A DNA stretch of 64,000 bases. Origin: Octopus sinensis. Taxonomy: Eukaryota. Shown here one piece after another: positions 1-12,447 of the stretch. The stretch is from contig NC_043005.1 in assembly GCF_006345805.1 (NCBI RefSeq), positions 3,534,001 through 3,598,000 on the forward strand, in the 5' to 3' direction. Numbering within the stretch: the first letter of the stretch is position 1; every line of letters starts with the position of its first letter. The position numbers were made by a program, and so were the translations under genes. The notes beneath the pieces are model-generated. The model saw only the letters and a list, made by a program, of their open reading frames with translations. It had not been told where the DNA came from and made no database searches.

Positions 1-184
1 ACATGGCTGAGACAAATAAAAGAAATATATATCTATATACACACATACACACACAGCAGATACACGTGTGTGCATATATATATATATATATATATTGTTG
101 AAATTTACAGAAAAAACAAAAGACGAAGACAGTTGTATAAACAACAAGCAGTGTATAACTTTGATGCTCAGGAAGGTGATAAGT

Positions 185-219
185 CTTTTACGTTTCGAGC
201 CTATGCCCTTCAACAGAAG
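185..219 (-). ncRNA. Minimal hammerhead-like motif with U6 variant core
   Basis: - strand reads CTT-CTGTTGA-A-GGGC-atag-GCTC-GAAAC-GT-A-AAAG. Stem I is only 2 bp. Confidence 0.45.
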
Positions 220-289
220 GGACACGAGGAAATAAACAGAAAGAGAATAAAAAAACTTGTGGAGTTAGCAGCCAATCATGGTGACTGGA

Positions 290-369
<80 letters not shown>

Positions 370-981
370 TAGCAGCTAAGCCCGGTTTCATCTGGTTGGT
401 TTGGATGATGTGGCTATAAAACCTGCTCTGTGTAAGCATTCGACTCGTTTGGGCATGCTTACGTTAAAAAATCAATTTTAAAATGACTTTTTTCTGTCAA
501 AACGCTAAGAATAACTGACAACAACAACAAAAAAAAACCAACCAAGATTCAACCAAATCAAAAAATAAACCCAAATACTAAGCGAACAAAGATGAACCCT
601 CCCACTTCCATTGCGCACGCACACACATTCACATACCACCCCCTTTTACATACAAAAACATATTCACACAGAGTTGAAACGCTCACTTCTTCCTTCCTTA
701 TTCATCTATCATACTTTTCTTATTCATGAACACAAGAATATTATTATAGTAGATTATCTCCATAACCATGGGAGGTATGAAAAAATACAAAGCCAGATTA
801 TTCTGCACATCTGTGTAATTTTTCACGAAATTCCACCTGGCTGTTTGACCATGAATCCCAAGACAAGAAAGAATCGCCCATGTCAGATTTATATGTAAAT
901 ATGTATATATATATATATATACACACACACTTACACACACAGATAATGTGTGTGTGTGTGTGTGTGTGTGTTATATATATA

Positions 982-1037
<56 letters not shown>

Positions 1038-2473
1038 TATGCACACACAAATACATGTGTGTGTATACACACACACATACATACATGTATGTATACATAT
1101 AATATGCATATATAGAGAAATATAGATATGTTAAGAAAATAGAAATGTGTATGTATAAACAGCAACACAGTAGACTGAAAAAGAGAAAGTCCCTGGCACA
1201 GCATTATATACTTGAAAAAGGAATAGAATGGTTTTTCTGATAATTTTTCCACTTTAATAATTTGATGTTTATAAGATACTAGCTGAAGGTGACCCGCTCA
1301 ACGCGCAGGTAAGAGTGTGGTTGTTACTTTCTGTTGCTTCCTTTCAGCACGTAAAAAGCACCATCCGAACGTGGCCGATTGCAGCGCCGCCTTGACTTGC
1401 TTCTGTGCCGGTGGCATGTAAAAAGCACCAACCGATCGTTGCCGCTGCAAGCCCCCCTGGCACCTGTGCCGGCGGCACGAAAAAAGCACCCACTACACTC
1501 ACAGAGTGGTTGGCATTAGGAAGGTCATCCACCTGTAGAAACACTGCCAGATCAGACTGGAGCCTGGTGCAGCCTCCTGGCTTTCCAGACCCCGGTCAAA
1601 CTGTGCAACCCGTGCTAGCACAGAAAACGGACGTTAAACGATGATGAGGATGATGATTCTCCGTCTTTGTTTCTCTCTCCTTTCTCTCTCACTTTCCCAC
1701 TCTCTTACTTTTCTTTTCTCTCGGACTCTCCCTCGCATTCTCTTACTCGCTATCTTTATCTATCTCTCTCCCATTTATAAACAACAGAAGATCTTGAGTA
1801 AGTTGAGAAATATAATATTTAGAAAGATCAATCATAAATATCAGGCAGTGGCAACGGAAAGGTCTGCTTCAAAACGCTAACATTTAAAAGGGACAGACAA
1901 ACTTGCGAGCTGAATAAAAATAATAAAATATTGGAAACCAAAGTTTGAAGGGATAGAATCTGAGGATAGTAGAGTCACCATGGCTGGCATTTCTTAATGA
2001 CGGACAGCAACGTATTGACAGTTTAACGGCTGGCGTAAAATTTTGAACTTGATGTAAAAGAAAATTCGTAAACACCAAGATTTGAAGTGATTCTTTCTCA
2101 CGACAGTAGACTCACCATGGCATGGCAAGCATTGAAAACTTCTTCATCATGGACAGCAACACATTGACGATTAAAGGCTGGCGCAAATTTTTTAGCTTGA
2201 TGTAACAGAGAATCCCTAAAACACCCGCTCCTTTAAATTTTAATATCCCCTTCAAAGCCCCTTTAGAACCCCTTTTCACATTTTGGTTAATATAACCCGA
2301 TTTCATTCGGGTCTACTGGGGCCACATTTTATAAGATGAGGAATTTTGTCCTAGAGGTGACGCGCTTTTTCATTTGAGGAAAAAAATAGTTGTCATGCAA
2401 ACTTGCCAGCACTTTTAACATAGGTGTGCATATTTTCAGCTGAATCAACCGACTACGTAATGCACACATTATA

Positions 2474-3400
2474 CATCATCATCATCATCATCATTTAACG
2501 TCCGCTTTCCATGCTAGCATGGGTTGGACGGTTCAACTGGTGTCTGGGGGAGCCCGAAGGCTGCACCAGGTCAGTCAGATCTGGCAGTGTTTCTACAGCT
2601 GGATGCCCTTCCTAACGCCAACCACTCCGAGAGTGTAGGGGTGTGATTTATGTGCCACCGACACAGGTGCCAGACGAGGCTGGTGAACGGCCACGCTCGG
2701 ATGGTTTTTTATGTGCCACCGACACAGGTGCCAGACAAGGCTGGCAGACGACCACGCTCGGATGGTGTTTTTATGTGCCACCGACACAGGTGCCAGACGA
2801 GGCTGGCGAACGGCCACGCTCGGATGGTGTTTTTATGTGCCACCGACACAGGTGCCAGACAAGGCTAGCAGACGACCACGCTCGGATGGTGTTTTTTTAT
2901 GTGCCACCGACACAGGTGCCAGACGAGGCTGGCGAACGGCCACGCTCGGATGTGTTTTTATGTGACCGACACAGGTGCCAGAACGAGGCTGGCGAACGGT
3001 CACGCTCGGATGGTGTTTTTTATGTGCCACCGACACAGGTGCCAGACAAGGCTAGCAGACGACCACGCTAGGATGGTGTTTTTATGTGCCACCGACACAG
3101 GTGCCAGACGAGGCTGGCGACGGCCACGCTCGGATGGTGTTTTTATGTGCCACCGACACACAGGTGCCAGACAAGGCTAGCAGACGACCACGCTCGGATG
3201 GTGTGTTTTATGTGCCACCAACACAGGAGCCAGATTAGGCTGGCGATCGGCCACAATTGGATGGTGATTGTTACGTGCCCGCAGCAGGAGGCCAGTCGGT
3301 GCGGTACTAGCTACGGCCACGTTCGGATGTATTTTTGTGTGTGCCACCGGCACTGGTACCACAAAGATACAATTCCATGATGTTCATCTATTTTGATTTT
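2474..3400 (-). mobile_element. RTE 3'-UTR-derived repeat with an expanded internal tandem array
   Basis: (CAT)n-TTAACGTCCGCTTTCCATGCTAGCATGG tail matching the LINE at 14541-17240. Further copies at about 1330-1655(+), 6042-6330(+), 6960-7162(+), 28830-29200(+), 32440-32900(-), 38715-39172(+), 39655-39897(+), 40390-40820(-), 41290-41630(+), 46950-47222(+), 49005-49350(-), 56390-56750(-), 60575-60840(+). Confidence 0.9.
2648..3355. repeat. About 62-bp minisatellite, 12 units, partly alternating A/B variants
   Basis: Unit starts (ATGTGCC-like) at 2650, 2711, 2773, 2835, 2899, 2960, 3022, 3084, 3145, 3210, 3273, 3339. Confidence 0.95.
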
Positions 3401-3438
3401 GTTGATTTTCACGTGCCTCAACAGGTCTTCACAAGTGT

Positions 3439-3474
<36 letters not shown>

Positions 3475-3746
3475 ATTGGTGAATTGAAGAAATGGAGTGA
3501 ACGCAGATTGAACAGAAATCGTTCAGCTCCATTTCTTCAATTCACAATAATGTTTTAATTTCAATTATCCGCACCAACGCACGGTTGCAACCGCCAGATG
3601 TTGTACCTCCAATCGTGCTGTTTACTGCTGTGTTTTTGCTACTAAGGTATCGGTTGTTAAACTAGTGCTGATTAAGTATTACTACAAGATTATTCATCTT
3701 CTATTTCACATATATATATTAATATATATATTGATATATAATATAT

Positions 3747-3792
<46 letters not shown>

Positions 3793-3965
3793 ATGTATAT
3801 ATATATATATGATATATAGAGTATTATATATATACAAAGAGCAATAAAGATTCAAGTTAATTTAAAAAAATTTACTTGAATATGGTACCTAACTTAGATG
3901 CACCAAAAAAAAAAAAAAAAAAAAAAAAAACTATACTGATTTAAAAAATACAGTAATGTGGGGTG

Positions 3966-4060
3966 ATATAAGCGAGAAAGAAGCAACAAGAATGGATAGG
4001 TTTTTAGTACGAAAACCTATCGTACTTAAAAACCTATCCATTCTTGTTGCTTCTTTCTCG

Positions 4061-4067
<7 letters not shown>
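3966..4067. repeat. 46-bp hairpin abutting (TA)n
   Basis: 3966-4011 versus 4021-4067, one extra T, 9-nt spacer AAAACCTAT. Confidence 0.92.
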
Positions 4068-4099
<32 letters not shown>

Positions 4100-4103
4100 T
4101 ATG

Positions 4104-4134
<31 letters not shown>

Positions 4135-5074
4135 ATGTGCACGCATTATATATACAAATGTATACAAATGAGATATATATCTGTATAAATAAATTAGAGA
4201 TAAAACCAATAATAGTCAACTTAAACAGTGAAAAACCAAAACAAAAACATTAAAAAAATATAATATAGAAAATATAGAAAATATAAAATTGAAAAATTTA
4301 AATTATTAAATTGAAATAAAATTATTAAATTATATTTATAATTTGTTTAAAAATATATATAACTATGAAAAAGTATGAAAACGTTTAATATACATAATAC
4401 AGATATATACACTTTGTATATATACATTATATATACATATTTATATTATAGAACGCACACACACACACACACACACATTATATATACATATTTATATATA
4501 GAACACACACACACACACACACATACATTATATATACATATTTATATATAGAACACACACACACACACATATAAATGAACGCAAGAATATCTAATTCATA
4601 ATATTTGTTCTCGTGCTCGTGTGTTGTTGGTGACAGACAGATACATAAAAGAATGCCGATGTGATGGGAAGGTAGGAAACAGAGTGAGTGAAAAAGAGAG
4701 GAAATAGCAAGAGTGACAGATACATTAAATAATGGTAGTGGACTTGTCAAAGTTATATATGAAGGGGAGTGAGAGGGTAATGGAAGGAATAACGTGAGTG
4801 AGGAAGATGGCCCCCTAGCAACCACACCTTTTAAGATAGGGATTTCTAACGTAGCCCACGGGCATCGTCACCTCATTCTACATGTCCCTGTAAATTTTGG
4901 AGCGAATCGGATGGGATGTAGTGGCATTGAAAGCGATCGAAGCGGTAAAAACGCATTTCAGTTTTATATATAGAGATTACGTGTTTACAATAAACATCTA
5001 ATTATTAAAATGGTAAACTTCATTATCTCAAATATAGAAATATATATATACATAAATACATACATACATACATA

Positions 5075-5230
5075 CAGGGTGTGATGGGTAAATTGTTGCC
5101 ATTTTATATTTTTAATTTCCCGTATGCACATTGTTTTTGATTTTGTTGACTACACAGAATAGTAGGGTCGGTCGGGCACTGTCTGTGAGAAAAACAGCAC
5201 CATGATGCAATTCACTCTGCCAGAAATTTG
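5075..5230 (+). mobile_element. Left end of a Tc1/mariner-type transposon
   Basis: TA|CAGGGTGTG terminus and an ATG reading [12 protein letters not shown] that is cut off by a (TG)n tract. Confidence 0.5.
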
Positions 5231-6744
5231 GAAACGATGTGTGTGTGTGTGTGTATATATATATATGTATATCTATTTATACATGTATATATGCACATGT
5301 GTATATATGTACAAGTATATATGTATATATATATGTACATTTATGTATGTATATATGTACATGTGTATATGTACACGTATATGTGTATATATGTACATGT
5401 GTATATATGTACAATTATATTTGTTTATATATGTACATGTATATACATATATATAAATATATATGTATATACCGCTTAATAATCTGAATGGAGGCAATGC
5501 AAGCGGAAACTAGAGGAACATAATTAATAACCACACTTGAAAATCAAATGTATATATATATTCTTCCATATTTATAAAACGGATATAAAAATTCCAAATA
5601 TATAAATATAAAAATACATATAAATGGATAAATATGGATGTGATACATAAAACAGAGTAAATCTTAGATTTAAAAGTTATAATACGTTGGTGTAATAAAA
5701 ATTTGAGATGATGAAACATTAAAAGACTAAAATACTAAAATACCACAAAAATATTACAAAAATTTAAAGTTCCATCTATGGGCCATTTCAGAGACATTCC
5801 AAGTAATATGATATATTTCATATTTTTAAAACTGACACTTCCCTAATCAAGATCTTTTCACACAATACAGAAAAAACATACAGAAATACAATTATACAGT
5901 TCCATACCAGCCACTTGATCCACGTTATTGAACTCAATTGCAGCACTACAACTCCAGTCAGTATTTTATTGGTGAGTATTGTTAACACTAGCAATCTCTA
6001 AATAAAGCAGTGGATTTTATATGTGTATATATACATATATGCCTCCCCTGGCACCTGTGCCGGTGGCACGTAAAAAGCACCATCCATATGTGGCCGATGC
6101 CAGCACCACCTTGACTGGCTTCCATGTCAGTGGCACGTACAAAGCACCCACTACACTCACAGAGTGGTTGACATTAGGAAGGGCATCTAGCTGTAGAAAC
6201 ACTGCCTGATCAGACTGGAGCCTGGTGCAGCCTCCTGGCTTCCCAGACCCCGGTCAAACCGTCCAACCCATGCTAGCATGGAAAACGGACGTTAAACGAT
6301 GATGATCATGATGATCATGATGATGATGATGGGTGCTTCCTTGTTAGATAAACTGGATCCTCACTGGCAAGAAATCTTGTTTGTTTTTAATTCTTTTTTT
6401 TTTGTTTTTTCCTTAACCCTGGGACCTTACAATGTCCTGTGAAGCCAGTGACCGGCATGTGCCGATGCAGCAGCCATGTTGCAATCAGGTGCTCATTCTT
6501 GATCGTATACTTTCATCCGCCCTTCTCGGTCCAGACAGGCAGGAATTCCCTACCACAATGGCTGCATAATGGATTCGTTGCTAGAAATTGGGTTCATTCA
6601 GTTTGAGGCCTCTCAGTATAGGTGACTTGTGTGGTGGTCAGCTCTGGAGAGGCAAACACGTCTGCATTATACCACACTCAAAATTGTGTGTGTGCATGGG
6701 TGTGTGAAAATTTGTCCTGTTTATATATCTACATCATAGGTTAC

Positions 6745-6780
<36 letters not shown>

Positions 6781-6895
6781 ATACATATATAAAAAGACAT
6801 GTATATGTTTATATATGTGTGTGTGTGTGTGTCTGCACACACACACACACACATCATATATATATATATACATATACATGTCTTTATATATATAT

Positions 6896-6927
<32 letters not shown>

Positions 6928-7149
6928 GGACACACACACACACACACACACAAACATACCAACTGACTGGCCCTCATGTTGTTGGCACGTAAAAGCACCC
7001 ACTATACTCTCAGAGTGGTTGGCGTTAGGATGGGCATCCAGCTGTAGAAACTCTGCCAGATCAGATTGGAGCCTGGTGCAGCCATCTGGTTCGACTGTCC
7101 TTGGTCAAGTCGTCCAACCCATGCCAGCATGGAAAGTGGACGTTAAGCG

Positions 7150-8600
7150 ATGATGATGATGATATATACATCCATACACACACATTATATATATATATAC
7201 ATGGACATATACACATACATAGACATATATACATATACATAAATGCACATACATACATATACACACACACATTTATACATACATACATTCATACATACAC
7301 ACAAACATGCATGCATACATACATACACACATACACACACATACACACATACACACATACATACACACATATATACATTTATACATTATACGTACATACA
7401 TACACACACATACATACATACACACATACATACATTCATACACATATATATACACACACATAATACATACATACACATATATATATACACACACATACAC
7501 ACATACATCCATTCATACATACACACATACATACATACACACATACATATGCACATGCACACATACATACACACATACACACACACATACATACATTCAT
7601 ACATACATACACACACATATATATATATATACACACATACACACATACATACATTCATACATACATACACATATAAAGTTAATCCAAACATAAAAACACA
7701 AAGAGAAAACACAACAACGCGAGGACGTGGAACAAATATAGTGTTATTGGACATTCAGGAGGAAGGAAGGAAAGAAGGAGGGTTTAACGTTTCGAGCGGA
7801 GCTCTTTGTCAGAAACATAGGAAAAGGAAAGATCCAAGGAAGGGAAGACGGAAGAAAAAAAATCGCCAACGGTACACACGAGGTCACATTTTGAATACAC
7901 ATATACATACATACATACATACATACATACATACATACACACACACATACATGCATACATACATACATACATACATACATACATACATTCATACACACAT
8001 ACATATACACATGCACACATACATACACAGACATACATACACACATACATACATACATACATTCATACATACATACATACATACACATAATACATATATA
8101 TACACATACATACATTCATACACACATACACACATACATATACACACATACATACACACACATACATACATACATACATACATACATACATACACACATA
8201 CATACACACATACATACATTCATACATACATACATACATACATACACACACATAATACATATATACACACATACACACATACATACATTCATTCATACAT
8301 ACATACATACATACATACACACACATGATACATATATACACACATACACACATACATATACACACATACATACATACATACATACACACATACATACACA
8401 TATACATACATTCATTCATACATACATACATACGTACATACACACACATAATACATATATACACACATACACACATACATACATTCATACATACATACAC
8501 ACATACATATACACATGCACCCATACATACACAGACATACATACACACATACATACATACATTCATACATACATACATATATACACACACATAATACATA
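7150..8600. repeat. Long compound (TACA)n/(CA)n microsatellite
   Basis: Directly visible. Interrupted at about 7672-7895 by a Penelope-like repeat. Source of the spurious HTYI/MYVC ORFs. Confidence 0.97.
7782..7816 (-). ncRNA. Minimal type-I hammerhead relic in a Penelope-like terminal repeat (element about 7672-7895)
   Basis: - strand reads GTTT-CTGACAA-A-GAGC-tcc-GCTC-GAAAC-GT-T-AAAC. Perfect stems I and II, palindromic ACGT stem III, one core change (G8 to A, a CpG transition). Confidence 0.6.
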
Positions 8601-8604
8601 TGTA

Positions 8605-8768
8605 GGCACAGGAGTGGCTGTGTGGTAAGTAGCTTGCTAACCAGCCACATGGTTACAGGTTCAGTCCCACTGCTTGGCATCTTGGGCAAGTGTCTTCTGC
8701 TATAGCCCCGGGCTGACCAATGCCTTGTGAGTGGATTTGGTAGATGGAAACTGAAAAGTAGCCTGTCG

Positions 8769-8809
<41 letters not shown>

Positions 8810-9040
8810 TATATATATATGTAAGTGTGTGTGTTTGTCCCCCTAGCATTGCTTGACAACCGATGCTGGTGTGTTTACGTCCCCGTCACTTAGCGGTTCG
8901 GCAAAAGAGACCGATAGAATAAGTACTGGGCTTACAAAAGAATAAGTCCCGGGGTTGAGTTGCTTGATTAAAGGTGGTGCTCCAGCATGGCCGCAGTCAA
9001 ATGACTGAAACAAGTAAAAGAGTAAAAGAGAAAAGAGTAA
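8605..9040 (+). mobile_element. tRNA-derived SINE with CORE-like domain
   Basis: A-box-like TGGCTGTGTGG, B-box-like GGTTCAGTCC, then GGCAYCTTGGGCAAGTG resembling the CORE-SINE domain, an internal (TA)/(TG) tract and a (GTAAAAGA)n-like tail. Many other copies, e.g. about 21455-21610(+), 21675-22050(-), 23340-23700(-), 35940-36310(-), 38130-38480(-), 46370-46700(-), 50700-51150(+), 55275-55610(-). Superfamily name assigned from memory. Confidence 0.85.
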
Positions 9041-9401
9041 TACACACATACACACACATACACACATACATACATACATACATACATACAAACATACATA
9101 CATACACACATACATACATACACACATACATACATACATACATACATACAAACATACATACATACACACATACATACATACATACATACATACATACATA
9201 CATACATACATACATACATACATACAAACATACATACATACACACATACATACATACACACATACATACACACACATAGACACACACATACATACACACA
9301 TACACACATACATACACACATACATACATACACACATACACACATACATACATACATACATACACACATACACACATACATACATACATACATACATACA
9401 T

Positions 9402-9432
<31 letters not shown>

Positions 9433-9885
9433 TACATGCATACATACATACATACATACACACATACATACATACATACACACATACACACATACATACA
9501 TACATACATACATACATACATACATACATACATACATACACACATACACACATACATACATACATACATACATACATACAGACATACATACACACATAAC
9601 TACATACACACATACATACACATAGATACACACATACATACATATACCACATACATACATAACATGCATACATACATTTACATACACACATACATACACA
9701 CATACATACATACATACATACACACATACACAACATACACACATACACACATACATACTACACATACATACATACCTCATACATAATACATACATAACAC
9801 ACAAATACAACATACATACATACATACATACATACACACATACATACATACACACACATACACATACACACATACATACATACGC
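9040..9885. repeat. Long (TACA)n microsatellite
   Basis: Directly visible. Source of the two 301-aa MYVC ORFs. Confidence 0.97.
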
Positions 9886-9961
9886 AATATTTGTGTGTCT
9901 CTCTCTGTTTGTGTATTTGCTTCAAAACTTCATAAAATAATGAAAAGTTGTTACTCCTTAC

Positions 9962-10040
9962 CTGAAGTGGAACTCTGAGTGTTGCCGGGAAAGAGGACCG
10001 TTAGAAAGACCAGCAGAAATTGTTTTCTAATTGAAGCCAT
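9962..10040 (-). CDS. Probable first coding exon (signal peptide MASIRKQFLLVFLTVLFPGNTQSSTS) of an unidentified secreted or membrane protein
   Basis: gacATGG Kozak context. Basic n-region, hydrophobic core FLLVFLTVLF and polar c-region. Consensus CAG|GTAAGG donor in phase 1. Unique sequence between microsatellites. Confidence 0.55.
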
Positions 10041-10324
10041 GTCAATATTAATGAAATTTTTGCTTTTGGATCGTAGGGAAACTGAACGATGCCAAATTAA
10101 TGAAGAGAAACGGATTTGGAGAAAGTTGAAAAGTTTGCTGCTTCCTTTGGTTCGTGTTTCCTTCTGAGCGAGCACCGACTTTAACACTTCACTTGCGCAA
10201 GCTCACACCCACATCAACTCTGTACCACACTCCCACACCATATGGATGCATGTGTGTGTGTGTGTGTGTGTTTATTTATCTTGACAAACACATGTGTTGA
10301 TATATACACACACATATATATACA

Positions 10325-10379
<55 letters not shown>

Positions 10380-10396
10380 CACATATATATAAAAAT

Positions 10397-10427
<31 letters not shown>

Positions 10428-10585
10428 CATCAACATCATGCTAATAATGATTACATAACATATACATTTATATACATATATAACATATGTATATATGTTT
10501 GTAAACATACATACACATTTTGATGTGTGTGTGTGTGTATATATATGTGTGCATGTGTGTGTGTGTATGTGTATGCACGTGAGTG

Positions 10586-10628
<43 letters not shown>

Positions 10629-10934
10629 TATGTGTGTGTGTGTGTGTGTGCATGATGTTTGTATAGATTTATTACTCCCATTGCAATAAATATTTGTTTC
10701 CATTTTGTTTGTGTCTTTTGCTAAAAATGTGACCTTCTCAAATTACAGCATTTTGATTTGTGCAGTGACTCAGAATCAATCTGTCATGCATACCAAGGAA
10801 CCACAGTATGTAAGTGTGTGTGGGTTCAATCCCACTGCATGGCACCTTCAGCAAGTTTGCCTTCAAAACTATAGCCTCAGGATGACTAAAGCCCTGCGAA
10901 AGGATTGGGTTGAAGGAAACTTGAAGGAGCCTGT

Positions 10935-10976
<42 letters not shown>

Positions 10977-11271
10977 TTTGGTCTCCCACCGCCATTTGGC
11001 AACTGGTGTTGCTGTGTTTACATCCCTATAACTTAGCAGTTCGGCAAAAGAGACCGATAGAATAAGAAGAAAAATATAAGTACTGGTGTTGACTCATTCG
11101 ACTAAAATTCTTCTTCAAGGCAGTGCTCCAGCATGGCCACAGTCTAAAGACAGAAACAAGTAAAAGATACATATATAATTATTATGAGAATACTATTGAC
11201 AGTGACTTTTAAAGTTTCAGACAACTAATATATATACATATACACACATATACATTTATATATATTATATA

Positions 11272-11317
<46 letters not shown>

Positions 11318-11768
11318 CTATATATATATATGTGTGTGTGTGTATATATATATATATGTATATATATATATACATATACACACACATATACATTTATATA
11401 TATATATATATATAGATGACCAACCATAAAGGGCTAATATTGGTAAAATGAGACATACTTATCTACATGGCCGAAACAGCTGTAAGATGTAATCTATACT
11501 TATAATTATATTTACTTGTATTATATTCTCTTTATATATATTCTAATTATTATACAAATTACTCTTTATGTACACTTTTTAGTACATTCCTTTATGTACA
11601 CTGATTTGTTCTGTTTTTATATTTAACCCTACAGTCTCTTATGTGGTGGTTTATTAAAGTATGTGATGAGTATTTTCTGGTATAATTGATGTTTGATTTA
11701 GATGTATTTCTCATTTTCTTATCTGTATTAATAATTTGTGGTAAATCATTTTACCTTTGCCCATAATA

Positions 11769-11948
11769 ATACAGTAAATGAATTGATAGCCATCGCAATC
11801 ATTAACATTTATGTATTAACTTGTTGGTACTTCACTAGCAGTATATTGGATATACGTTATCCATAGAGGGTTGCATTTACAACCCCTTTTCAATTAATAT
11901 ATATATAATTATATGTATATGATATGTATATTATATGTATTATATATA

Positions 11949-12024
<76 letters not shown>

Positions 12025-12091
12025 CATATATATATATATATATGTATGTATATATATATATGTGTGTGGGTATGTATGATATAATTATATA

Positions 12092-12129
<38 letters not shown>

Positions 12130-12133
12130 CAAT

Positions 12134-12183
<50 letters not shown>

Positions 12184-12311
12184 TTGAAATAGGGGTTGTA
12201 AATGCAACCCTCCATGGGATAACGTATATCCAATATACTGCTAGTGAAGTACCCAACAAAGTTAATACATAAATGTTAATGATTGCGATGCTATCAATTC
12301 ATTTACTGTAT
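11769..12311. repeat. Inverted repeat with about 132-bp arms around a (TA)n spacer
   Basis: 11769-11900 versus 12177-12311. A diverged family member lies at about 59870-59965. Confidence 0.9.
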
Positions 12312-12447
12312 GTATGTATATACACACACACACCACACACACACACACATATTTACATGCACACATCAATATGTATTTCTCTTTTTAGTTTCAGCTCAGA
12401 GCTGTGGCCATGCTGGTGCACCGCCGTTTTGTGCTACACTGTTATTA

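Larger units (their letters stand above)
368..4977 (+). mobile_element. Possible non-autonomous Helitron-like composite with nested insertions
   Basis: ACTAGC...CCCG starts at about 368 and about 1278, an internal 140-bp duplication (about 1969-2065 and 2106-2212), and a ...CAGTTTTATATATAGAGAT end at about 4977. Resembles non-autonomous Helitron-like termini from memory; boundaries are uncertain. Confidence 0.3.

Noticed and set aside
2648-3355. CRISPR array
   Set aside because: The units repeat over their whole length with no unique spacers, there are no cas genes, the context is eukaryotic, and the array is internal to an RTE 3' UTR repeat.
3905-3930. Poly(A) tail of a processed pseudogene (AATAAA at 3843)
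   Set aside because: The signal is about 60 nt from the A run, there is no upstream coding remnant, and the flanks are repeat-derived.
6431-6580. Possible second exon of the - strand gene (GTAAGG donor at 6430)
   Set aside because: All three frames from the nearest plausible AG acceptor (6581) contain stops, and no recognisable protein motif is present.
7243-9873. Long ORFs of 200-361 aa (HTYI/MYVC repeats)
   Set aside because: Translations of (TACA)n/(CA)n microsatellites, which lack stops by composition.
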